Assembly: GCA_017541305.1 (NCBI GenBank)
Contig: JAFXZJ010000055.1
Coordinates: 106,311-170,310, forward strand
DNA length: 64,000 nt
Source: Clostridia bacterium
Lineage (GTDB): Bacteria; Bacillota; Clostridia; Christensenellales; CAG-138
Reading direction: 5' to 3'
The position numbers were made by a program, and so were the translations under genes. Every line of letters starts with the position of its first letter. Position 1 is the stretch's first letter. Positions 36,591 through 45,131 of this stretch are shown here, piece after piece. Under the pieces are notes generated by a model, which was given only the letters and a program-made list of their open reading frames with translations, was not told the DNA's origin and did not search any database.

Positions 36591-37700
36591 ATGAAATTTT
36601 GCGTAGAATCCGGCGAACTCAACGAGGCGCTGGCTGTTGTGACCAAAGCGCTGTCCTCAAGCAACGAGACCCCGGTTTTAAGGGGCATCTATATCAGCGC
36701 ATTCGATAACGAGCTTTATTTGAAATGCTCCGATTCTTCCGTTCAGATAGAGACCACCATTCCCGCCCTTGTCGAAGAGGACGGCGCCGCTGTTATGCCC
36801 GGCCGACTTATGGCGGATCTCGTCCGCAGGATGAGGGGAGACAAGATAGATTTTGAGACGATCGACGAATATTCGATGAAGATAGAGAACGGCAAATCCA
36901 AAAGCGTGCTCCAGTTCTTCAGCCCCGACACCTATCCCAAAATGGAGGAGATCAGGAGCGATATTTCGTTCAATATAAAGCAAAATCTGTTCCGTTCAAT
37001 GATAAAGCAGACCGCCTTCAGCTGCGGCGACGAGGACGCAAAACCCATTCTTCGCGGAGTGCTGATGGAGTTCACTGAGGAAGGCTTCCTCAATCTGATC
37101 GCGCTCGACGGCTTCCGTCTTGCAAAGCGAAGCGAAAGGGTCAGCGTCAACGGCGAAATGCGCAACGCGGTCGTTCCCGCAAAGACGATGAACGACATAT
37201 CGAATATTCTTTCCGACACCGAAGACGAGGTGACCATCACCCTTTCCGCCACTCATATCACCGTGGATCTCGGCAATACCAAGATAAAGGCAAGGCTGAT
37301 CAAGGGCGATTACATAAATTACAAGAATATCATTTCAAGAAAATCCGCTTCCAGGGTGATAGTAAACAGGAATGAATTCATTGAAAGCCTCGATCTCGTC
37401 TGGCTGATCGCCAAGGAGAACAACAATAACGTTATAAAGCTGGAGTTCGACGACGGAATGATGTATATCTCGGCAAGGAGCGAAGCCGGCAGCATCAACG
37501 AAAACGTGGCTGTGAACATAACCGGCACTCCCATCGAGATCGCCTTCAACGCCAAATATTTCATCGACATAGCAAAATCGGTGGAAGACGAGATGATAGC
37601 TTTGAACTTCAATACCTCGGTAACTCCCTGCGTGGTAGAGCCCGTGAACGGCGAAAGCTTCTTCTATCTCATACTTCCGATAAGGCTCATGAGGAGCTGA
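36591..37700 (+). CDS. dnaN: DNA polymerase III beta subunit (sliding clamp)
   Basis: 369 aa, starting MKFCVESGELNEALAVVTKALSSSNETPVLRGIYISAFDNELYLKCSDSSVQIET, with a GGAGG RBS. Confidence 0.93.
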   Translation: MKFCVESGELNEALAVVTKALSSSNETPVLRGIYISAFDNELYLKCSDSSVQIETTIPALVEEDGAAVMPGRLMADLVRRMRGDKIDFETIDEYSMKIENGKSKSVLQFFSPDTYPKMEEIRSDISFNIKQNLFRSMIKQTAFSCGDEDAKPILRGVLMEFTEEGFLNLIALDGFRLAKRSERVSVNGEMRNAVVPAKTMNDISNILSDTEDEVTITLSATHITVDLGNTKIKARLIKGDYINYKNIISRKSASRVIVNRNEFIESLDLVWLIAKENNNNVIKLEFDDGMMYISARSEAGSINENVAVNITGTPIEIAFNAKYFIDIAKSVEDEMIALNFNTSVTPCVVEPVNGESFFYLILPIRLMRS

Positions 37701-37728
37701 TAAGGGCTTTAGAACAAGATATGGTAAT

Positions 37729-37770
37729 AAAACAGACATGATTATCAAAATATTGTGTCTGTTTTAGTTT
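37729..37770 (+). terminator. Intrinsic terminator after dnaN
   Basis: AAAACAGACA-17 nt-TGTCTGTTTT followed by AGTTT. Confidence 0.65.
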
Positions 37771-37853
37771 GAGCTATATATGAAAGCATAAAAAAAGCTA
37801 TGTATACGCTGTATTTTTTGCAATAATATATTTAAAAAACCTCTTATTTTTAC

Positions 37854-37882
37854 TTGACAAAACAAAGTGATTAAGCTAAAAT
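37854..37882 (+). promoter_or_regulatory. Promoter TTGACA-17-TAAAAT for the rpmG-secE-nusG-rplK-rplA cluster
   Basis: -35 at 37854-37859 and -10 at 37877-37882. Confidence 0.65.
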
Positions 37883-37995
37883 ACTAAAGCCCCTGTGAAG
37901 GGGTATTATTTAGCTTGTACATTGCGTCGAGCTGAATAAGCGGAAGGCCGCAAAAAACGGTCGATATTACCGCAATCTTTAAGGAGGATCAGAAA

Positions 37996-38145
37996 ATGCG
38001 AGTAAAGATCACACTTGCCTGCACCGAATGCAAGCAGAGGAACTACAATACCTTCAAGAACAAGAAGAACGATCCCGATCGTCTCGAGTTCAACAAGTAT
38101 TGCCGTTTCTGCCGTAAACACACCCTTCATAGGGAAGCCAAGTAA
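37996..38145 (+). CDS. rpmG: 50S ribosomal protein L33
   Basis: Below the track's size cutoff. [59 protein letters not shown]. Confidence 0.93.
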   Translation: MRVKITLACTECKQRNYNTFKNKKNDPDRLEFNKYCRFCRKHTLHREAK

Positions 38146-38166
38146 TTCTTCAAGAGGTTAAGGATC

Positions 38167-38421
38167 ATGGCTAAAAAAGAAGTAGAAAAGAAGAATAAGG
38201 TCGGCTTCTTCACCAAGGTCGGAAATTTCTTCAAGGGAATCGGCAAGTATTTCAAGGATGTCTGGGCGGAAGTAAAGCAGCTCACTTGGCCCACCAAGAA
38301 AGAGCTCATCAACTATACTCTTGCCGTTATAGCATTCTGTGCGCTGATGGCGATCATTATAGGTCTTCTTGACCTTGCCTTCGGTTCCGGCATCAATGCT
38401 CTTGCAGAACTCGGTAAATAA
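38167..38421 (+). CDS. secE: Preprotein translocase subunit SecE
   Basis: 84 aa with EVKQLTWPTKKELINYTLAVIAFCALMAIIIGLLD. Confidence 0.9.
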   Translation: MAKKEVEKKNKVGFFTKVGNFFKGIGKYFKDVWAEVKQLTWPTKKELINYTLAVIAFCALMAIIIGLLDLAFGSGINALAELGK

Positions 38422-38432
38422 GGTATCTCGAG

Positions 38433-39059
38433 ATGACAGATGAGGTAAAGAATAAAATCGAAAAGGCTGTCGAGCTGAGCGAAAATCCCGACGCGGCTTC
38501 CGTTAACGAGGATCGCACCCATTACGATGACGAAACTCCCACCGAGCCCCGCTGGTACGTGGTGCATACCTATTCCGGATATGAGAATAAAGTCAAGGAA
38601 GATCTTGAAAAAACGATCGAGAACAGAAACCTTCAGAATCTCATTTTCGAAGTAAAGTATCCTACCGAGACCGTGACGGAAACTCCCGAGGGAGCCAAAA
38701 AGCCCAAGACCTATCAGCGCAAGGTCTATCCCGGCTACGTCATGGTAAAGATGATAATGACCGACAGCACCTGGTACATCGTCAGGAACACAAGGGGCGT
38801 TACAAGCTTTGTAGGCTCGGGCAACAAACCCATTCCCCTGACGGATGAAGAAGTTACCGCAATGGGCGTTGAGCGCATCAGCCTCAAGCTCGATGTGGAG
38901 GTCGGCGAAAATGTCCGCGTAGTGAACGGGCCCTTCGCTAACTTTATCGGCACTGTCACGGACATCAACCCCGAAACGCAGAAGGTCAAGCTTCTCGTTT
39001 CACTCTTCGGTAAAGAAACTCCTATGGAGCTTGACTTTATCGACATTCAAAAGCTGTAA
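38433..39059 (+). CDS. nusG: Transcription termination/antitermination factor NusG
   Basis: Contains RWYVVHTYSGYENKVKEDLEK, with the KOW region GENVRVVNGPFANFIGTV. Confidence 0.95.
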   Translation: MTDEVKNKIEKAVELSENPDAASVNEDRTHYDDETPTEPRWYVVHTYSGYENKVKEDLEKTIENRNLQNLIFEVKYPTETVTETPEGAKKPKTYQRKVYPGYVMVKMIMTDSTWYIVRNTRGVTSFVGSGNKPIPLTDEEVTAMGVERISLKLDVEVGENVRVVNGPFANFIGTVTDINPETQKVKLLVSLFGKETPMELDFIDIQKL

Positions 39060-39171
39060 GATCAGCTGACACGTATGGTTTCCCCATCCGGGGTTTTCAT
39101 AAGTGGGAGGAACGGAGACTTATCGTCTCTATACTCCGCAAGTACCACATTATTTTAGGAGGAAAAACAAA

Positions 39172-39597
<426 letters not shown>

Positions 39598-39609
39598 TGA
39601 GGTGATATT

Positions 39610-40305
39610 ATGAAGCACGGTAAGAAGTATAATGACAGCGTAAAGACCATCGAAAAGTCCAAGCTGTATGATCCCGCTGAGGGTATCGAAGTTGTTCTTG
39701 GCACCGCAAAGGCCAAGTTTGATGAGACCATTGAGGCTCATATCCGCCTCGGCGTTGACTCCCGTCATGCCGATCAGCAGGTCCGCGGCGCAGTCGTACT
39801 GCCCCACGGCACCGGCCGCGTAGTTCGCGTTCTCGTTTTCGCCAAGGGCGATAAGGCCCGTGAGGCTCAGGAAGCGGGCGCCGATTTCGTAGGCGATGAG
39901 GAAATGGTAAAGAAGATCCAGACCGAAAACTGGTTTGGATTCGACGTCTGCGTAGCGACCCCTGATATGATGGGCGTTGTCGGCCGCATCGGTCGTGTTC
40001 TCGGCCCCAAGGGCTTGATGCCTAACCCCAAGAGCGGCACCGTTACCATGGACGTGGCTAAGGCCATCGCCGATATCAAAGCCGGTAAGGTCGAGTATCG
40101 TGTCGATAAGACCAATATCTGCCACTGCCCCATCGGCAAGGCCAGCTTTGGCAAGGAAAAGCTTGTTGAAAACCTCAACACCCTTATGGATGCCATCATC
40201 AAGGCAAAGCCCGCTGCAGCGAAGGGCACCTATATCAAGTCCCTCGTTCTGTCCAGCACCATGGGCCCCGGCGTCCGTTTCAACGGCACCAGGTTCGGTA
40301 ACTGA
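39610..40305 (+). CDS. rplA: 50S ribosomal protein L1
   Basis: 231 aa, starting [29 protein letters not shown] and containing [15 protein letters not shown]. Confidence 0.97.
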   Translation: MKHGKKYNDSVKTIEKSKLYDPAEGIEVVLGTAKAKFDETIEAHIRLGVDSRHADQQVRGAVVLPHGTGRVVRVLVFAKGDKAREAQEAGADFVGDEEMVKKIQTENWFGFDVCVATPDMMGVVGRIGRVLGPKGLMPNPKSGTVTMDVAKAIADIKAGKVEYRVDKTNICHCPIGKASFGKEKLVENLNTLMDAIIKAKPAAAKGTYIKSLVLSSTMGPGVRFNGTRFGN

Positions 40306-40341
40306 TAGATCCTGAATTCAGAAAGAAAGAGGTACTGATCC

Positions 40342-40476
40342 ATGAAGATGACATATCAGCCCAAAGTCAGGCAGAGGAAGAAGGTTCACGGTTTCCGTCA
40401 GCGCATGTCCACCAAGAACGGCAGGAACGTGCTGGCCAGGAGGCGTGCAAAGGGCAGGAAAGTTATTTCCGCTTAA
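40342..40476 (+). CDS. rpmH: 50S ribosomal protein L34
   Basis: Below the track's size cutoff. [44 protein letters not shown]. Confidence 0.95.
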   Translation: MKMTYQPKVRQRKKVHGFRQRMSTKNGRNVLARRRAKGRKVISA

Positions 40477-40489
40477 TCGAATCAGATGA

Positions 40490-40535
40490 CTGAACCACGG
40501 TGTGATCCCGATCACCCGTGGTTCAGATACTTTTT
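40490..40535 (+). terminator. Strong intrinsic terminator between rpmH and rnpA
   Basis: CTGAACCACGG-15 nt-CCGTGGTTCAG followed by ATACTTTTT. Confidence 0.8.
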
Positions 40536-40645
40536 CGGGAAACGGTCATTTTGACGTTTTTTTGAAAAAGTCAGGTTTTATCGGGAAATTTATCGGGCAG
40601 AAGCGGCTTTTTCAAGCATTGTTCAGGCCGCGCATCCATTTATCG

Positions 40646-40981
40646 ATGAAGCGTTGCTATTCCCTTAAGCGGAATAAGGAATTCCGCCGTGTGTACAATA
40701 AAGGCAGATCCACAGGCAGCCGCACACTGGTATTGATCCATATGCAGGCAGGCGTGCCGGAAATAAGGATAGGATTTGCGGTTGGGAAGAAGATAGGCAG
40801 CGCAGTTACCCGCAACCGCGTGAAACGCAGACTAAGGGAGGCAATCACTCCTCTCTTGCCGGAGATAGTTCCCGGCTGCCGCCTCATATTCATTGCGCGT
40901 TCCGCCGTTACGGAGGCTTCCTTTAAAGAGATCGAGTCCACAGTTCGCCGCCTGTTGCAGAAGGCGGGCTTGATTGGCTGA
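40646..40981 (+). CDS. rnpA: Ribonuclease P protein component
   Basis: Start at ATG 40646. MKRCYSLKRNKEFRRVYNKGRS, with RIGFAVGKKIGSAVTRNRVKRRLREA. Confidence 0.88.
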   Translation: MKRCYSLKRNKEFRRVYNKGRSTGSRTLVLIHMQAGVPEIRIGFAVGKKIGSAVTRNRVKRRLREAITPLLPEIVPGCRLIFIARSAVTEASFKEIESTVRRLLQKAGLIG

Positions 40982-41085
40982 CAGTCGAGTTGTTTTTCGC
41001 TCTTAATGAGCTTCTTTGAACGGGGCATGATGCCCAACTGCATAATGCAGATAATGCCGCGTTCCATCGTGATCGGGCAGATATT

Positions 41086-41346
41086 ATGACTTCGGTCGGA
41101 AAAGCGATAAAAAGCTTTCTTATATATCTTATCCGTTGTTACAGACAGTTGAGACCTGACAGAGCTCCATGCTGCAGGTATCAGCCGTCATGCTCGGAAT
41201 ATGCCATACAAGCCATAGAAAAGCACGGTGCGGCCAAGGGGATGCTCTTGGCTGTTTGGCGTGTGTTAAGATGCAACCCGTTCTCAAGAGGAGGATATGA
41301 TCCCGTTCCCGAAAAGGGAAGATGGTCAAACAGAAAAATCAGTTGA
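41086..41346 (+). CDS. yidD: Membrane protein insertion efficiency factor YidD
   Basis: Contains [46 protein letters not shown]. Confidence 0.92.
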   Translation: MTSVGKAIKSFLIYLIRCYRQLRPDRAPCCRYQPSCSEYAIQAIEKHGAAKGMLLAVWRVLRCNPFSRGGYDPVPEKGRWSNRKIS

Positions 41347-41387
41347 TCCTTTGCAGGATCGATGCTTAATCAGGAAAGGGATACACG

Positions 41388-42623
41388 ATGACATTTTTTC
41401 TCACACGATGGTTCTATGCATTGATGCAGTTCCTTTACGGTCTCTTCAACAACAGTTATATGCTTACTATAATCGTTGTCACCGTATTGCTGCGTCTTGT
41501 GCAGATCTTCCCGGATATCTCCAACAGAAAAACTCAGATCAAGATGGCCGTCGTTCAGCCTCAGATCAACGAGCTTCAAAAGAAATACGCGAACGATCCT
41601 CAGAAGCTTCGCCTTGAGCAGAGCAAGCTTATGAAAAAGTATGGCGTCAACACGCTTTCAAGCTGTCTGCCCATGCTCATCACTCTCCCCCTCTTCTTCT
41701 GCTTCCTGGCTGCGTTCCGCACCTGGGGCAATGAGGAGAGCATCACTCTCATGTATGAGACCGCCATCACGCAGACCATGGAGGAAGGCTCCGAAGAGCG
41801 CGCCAAGGCCGAAGATCAGGCTATGGAAACCTTCAAGAGCTTTGAATTCCTGTGGACAAAGAATATCTGGCAGCCCGACTGCTTCCTTGACGCGCAGTTC
41901 CTCATATTCCGCTTTGACGGCGAGGTGATAACCAAGCCCACCACGCTTTCGGCGATCAACTCGGTGTCGCTTGCCAATATGCCGCTTTTGCAGAACGGCT
42001 ATACCAATAAGAACGGCGAGCATATTTCCGGCGAACAGATCTGGAAGACCTTGGTGGAATCCGGCCTGGCAGCCGGCGAATACGGCGATCCCGGCAAGAC
42101 CGACGGCTGCAATGGCTGCTCGAGCTGCTCCACCGACCGTTCGGGTATGATGCTTCTTCCCGATGAGGTCGATCCCTCCATCGCCGATAAGATGCTCGGC
42201 GGCGAACACGCCGTTGCGGTGATCGATCCCGAGACCGGCGCCGATACCGCCTCTTCCAACGCCAATGGCAGCGATATCTATAAGGCGATCATGAAGCGTT
42301 ATCCCGACGCGCTCTCCAAGGACGGCAATACTCCCGCAAACGGCCTTATGATAATGCCCTTCCTTGCGGCGGGTATGCAGCTCCTGTCCTCGATCATAAT
42401 AATGAGGCGCAGCAAGAAGGACGGCCAGAACAATCAGCAGGCCAAGTCGATGAACACCATGATGTACTTCATGCCCATCATGAGTATACTGATCTGTATG
42501 AGCGCCAACACCGCATTCGCATTCTATTGGACTGTAAGCGGCGCGATCCAGATCATATCTTCGCTCATTATAAATGCGGTGTTCGATAGGAAAAAGAAAG
42601 ATCAACCGGAGGTTATAGCATAA
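41388..42623 (+). CDS. yidC: YidC/Oxa1 family membrane protein insertase (unusually long, 411 aa)
   Basis: Contains IIVVTVLLRLV, QPQINELQKKYANDPQKLRLEQSKLMKKYGVN, SSCLPMLITLPLFF and C-terminal FAFYWTVSGAIQI. An insert of over 200 aa separates the conserved parts. Confidence 0.85.
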   Translation: MTFFLTRWFYALMQFLYGLFNNSYMLTIIVVTVLLRLVQIFPDISNRKTQIKMAVVQPQINELQKKYANDPQKLRLEQSKLMKKYGVNTLSSCLPMLITLPLFFCFLAAFRTWGNEESITLMYETAITQTMEEGSEERAKAEDQAMETFKSFEFLWTKNIWQPDCFLDAQFLIFRFDGEVITKPTTLSAINSVSLANMPLLQNGYTNKNGEHISGEQIWKTLVESGLAAGEYGDPGKTDGCNGCSSCSTDRSGMMLLPDEVDPSIADKMLGGEHAVAVIDPETGADTASSNANGSDIYKAIMKRYPDALSKDGNTPANGLMIMPFLAAGMQLLSSIIIMRRSKKDGQNNQQAKSMNTMMYFMPIMSILICMSANTAFAFYWTVSGAIQIISSLIINAVFDRKKKDQPEVIA

Positions 42624-43774
42624 TGGAAAATAACGAAATGATGTGTATCGAGTCTTCGGGCAAGTCCGTAGACGAGGCTATATTCAAGGGACTGCAGCAG
42701 ATGGGTATCTCCATTGACGAGGTATCGATCGAGATCATTCAGACCGAAACCAAGGGCATTCTCGGCTTCGGCGCAAAGCCCGCAAAGGTGCGCCTCACCC
42801 AGCGTCCCCCCGAGGAGTATGAGATCCCCGATTACATGAAGAGGCGCGAGGACCGTTATGACCGCTCCAGAAACGACCGCCGCGAAAGGGACAACAAGCG
42901 GCGCGACGACCGACGCGACAATAAGCGTTACGAAAGGAACGAGAAGCCCGAGAAAAGGGAAAAGCGCGAAATACCCGCTGAAAACTTAAAGCCCGCCGCC
43001 GAGATAAAGGCAAGGCCCGAGCCCGCTGCCGAAATCAATGAGAAGGCGGAAGAGATCGTTCCCGCCGCCAGGCCCGACGTGCGCGAGAAGCCCCGCCGTG
43101 AGAAGATCGAGCGCGAGGAGGCTCCCGCCGCTGAGGTCGAAAAGGCTTCCGCAAAGGTCATTGAATACACTCTCGAGGCCGCTCAGGGCAATCCCGCCGC
43201 TGAATTCGTGCAGGGTCTCATCGAGCGCATGGGCGCCGAAGGACAGGTGCTTGCCGCGCAGGATGAGGATTGCTTAAGGCTCCGCATCGACTCCGAAATG
43301 ATGGGTATGCTTATCGGTCACAGGGGCGAGACCCTTGACGCCATGCAGTACCTTACCGGGCTTGTTATCAACAAGAACCGCAAGACCGAAGGTTATACCC
43401 GCGTGACCCTCAACACCGAGGAATACCGCGAGAAGCGCGAGGAGACCTTAAAGCGTCTTGCGCGCAAGGTCGCCGCTCAGGTACGCGCCACCGGCCGTCC
43501 CAGGGCGCTCGAGCCCATGAACCCCTATGAGAGGCGCGTGCTCCATTCCGCTCTGCAGAACAATCCCGACGTCACCACTCATTCCGAGGGCGAGGAACCC
43601 AATCGCCGTGTGATCGTCACCCCCAAGCGCAGGGGCGGTTACAACAGGAGCCGCGGCAGCAAGAGACGCTCCAATTACAGAAGGAATTTCGCAGCGGAAG
43701 CCGCCGAAATAGTCAACGATGCGGAAATCAATGTGGAAAACTTTGAAAACTCTGTGGAAAACGCAGAAGAATAA
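42623..43774 (+). CDS. jag: Jag/KhpB RNA-binding protein (Jag_N, KH, R3H) with a highly charged insert and tail
   Basis: Jag_N region SGKSVDEAIFKGLQQMGISIDEV, KH region MMGMLIGHRGETLDAMQYL and R3H region MNPYERRVLHSALQNNPDVTTHSEGEEPNRRVIV. 383 aa. Confidence 0.88.
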   Translation: MENNEMMCIESSGKSVDEAIFKGLQQMGISIDEVSIEIIQTETKGILGFGAKPAKVRLTQRPPEEYEIPDYMKRREDRYDRSRNDRRERDNKRRDDRRDNKRYERNEKPEKREKREIPAENLKPAAEIKARPEPAAEINEKAEEIVPAARPDVREKPRREKIEREEAPAAEVEKASAKVIEYTLEAAQGNPAAEFVQGLIERMGAEGQVLAAQDEDCLRLRIDSEMMGMLIGHRGETLDAMQYLTGLVINKNRKTEGYTRVTLNTEEYREKREETLKRLARKVAAQVRATGRPRALEPMNPYERRVLHSALQNNPDVTTHSEGEEPNRRVIVTPKRRGGYNRSRGSKRRSNYRRNFAAEAAEIVNDAEINVENFENSVENAEE

Positions 43775-43777
43775 GCT

Positions 43778-45121
43778 ATGAATGATACGGTATTTGCACT
43801 GTCCACTCCCGTGGGCGGTGCAATTACAATTATGAGGATAAGCGGTCCTGATTCCCGCGCTCTGCTCCAAATGTTTTTTACAGGCAGGATAGAGCACAGG
43901 CGTGTTTCCTACGGCCGCATAGTCGACGATAAAGGAGAGACGGTCGATCACTGCACCGCAGTGTTCTTTTCCGCACCTTATTCATACACCGGCGAGGATA
44001 TGGCCGAGATATTCACCCACGGTTCATATGCCGTTGCGAAAAGGCTTACCGAAATGCTTGCCGCAAGCGGGCTTGCTGTGCAGGCCGAGCCGGGCGAATT
44101 CACAAAAAGGGCTTATCTCAACGGCAAGATGGATCTTGCTCAGGCCGAAGCCGTTATGGACCTGATATCTTCCACCGCCGAACGTCAGCGCAGAGCGGCG
44201 CAGCTCCAGCTGGAGGGCCGGCTTTCCGCAATGATAGGCGGGATCTATGACAGGGTCAAAGCCTCCTGCGCGCTGCTTTCCGCCGCGATGGATGACGATA
44301 CCGACGAGATAGAGTATGATGAGCACGCAGCCTCTGCGGAAACAGCCCTGATAAAGGCCGATATCGACCGAATGATAGAGGGCGGTATGAGGGCAAAGGT
44401 GCTGCGCGAGGGCGCGCGCATTGCGATAATAGGCAGCCCGAACGTGGGCAAAAGCTCGCTTCTGAACGCGCTCATCTGCCGCGAGCGTTCCATCGTTACC
44501 AATATTCCCGGCACCACGCGCGATACGGTAGAGGAATCGGCCGATATCGACGGCATACCGGTGGTATTCATTGACACCGCGGGCATACACGAAACGAGCG
44601 ACACCGTGGAAAAACTCGGCATAGAGCGCTCCGAAAGGGAGAAGGAAAACGCCGATATGGTGCTTCTGCTCATCGACGGCTCGCGCAGTATATCTGAAGA
44701 GGACTGCGCGATTATAAAAGGGCTCGATACTCAGCAAAACCGAAAAATACTTGTTTTGATCACAAAATCCGACCTTCCTCAGCTTGTTGAGGCGGATGCC
44801 GAAGCGTTTTGCGGGCTTGACGCTATGAGAATTAGCTCGCTTACGGGCGAAGGCATGACCGAGCTGAAAAAGCGCATAGCAGCAGCTATCGCTCCCGACG
44901 AGAGGGATCCCGCGCTGACCAACACGCGTCATATCGCGCTGCTCGAACAGGCCGCGAAAAGGTTGGGAGCCGCTTCCGAAATGCTCAAAAACGGCGAAAC
45001 GGATATCGCATTCCTCGAAATGCGGGCGGCTATGGACGATATTGCCGCCGTGACGGGCCGGGAGGATCCGTCCGAGGATCTTATAAACTCGGTCTTCGCG
45101 GGCTTCTGCGTTGGAAAATGA
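43778..45121 (+). CDS. mnmE: tRNA modification GTPase MnmE
   Basis: G1 motif GSPNVGKSSLLNAL, plus DTAGIHET, and the C-terminal CVGK. Confidence 0.95.
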   Translation: MNDTVFALSTPVGGAITIMRISGPDSRALLQMFFTGRIEHRRVSYGRIVDDKGETVDHCTAVFFSAPYSYTGEDMAEIFTHGSYAVAKRLTEMLAASGLAVQAEPGEFTKRAYLNGKMDLAQAEAVMDLISSTAERQRRAAQLQLEGRLSAMIGGIYDRVKASCALLSAAMDDDTDEIEYDEHAASAETALIKADIDRMIEGGMRAKVLREGARIAIIGSPNVGKSSLLNALICRERSIVTNIPGTTRDTVEESADIDGIPVVFIDTAGIHETSDTVEKLGIERSEREKENADMVLLLIDGSRSISEEDCAIIKGLDTQQNRKILVLITKSDLPQLVEADAEAFCGLDAMRISSLTGEGMTELKKRIAAAIAPDERDPALTNTRHIALLEQAAKRLGAASEMLKNGETDIAFLEMRAAMDDIAAVTGREDPSEDLINSVFAGFCVGK

Positions 45122-45131
45122 CAGCGATCAT

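Noticed and set aside
40577-40597. Noc-binding-site or DnaA-box interpretation of the TTTATCGGG(A/C)A direct repeat.
   Set aside because: It matches only half of the NBS palindrome (CGGGAAAT) and is 3 mismatches from a DnaA box. That is insufficient support.
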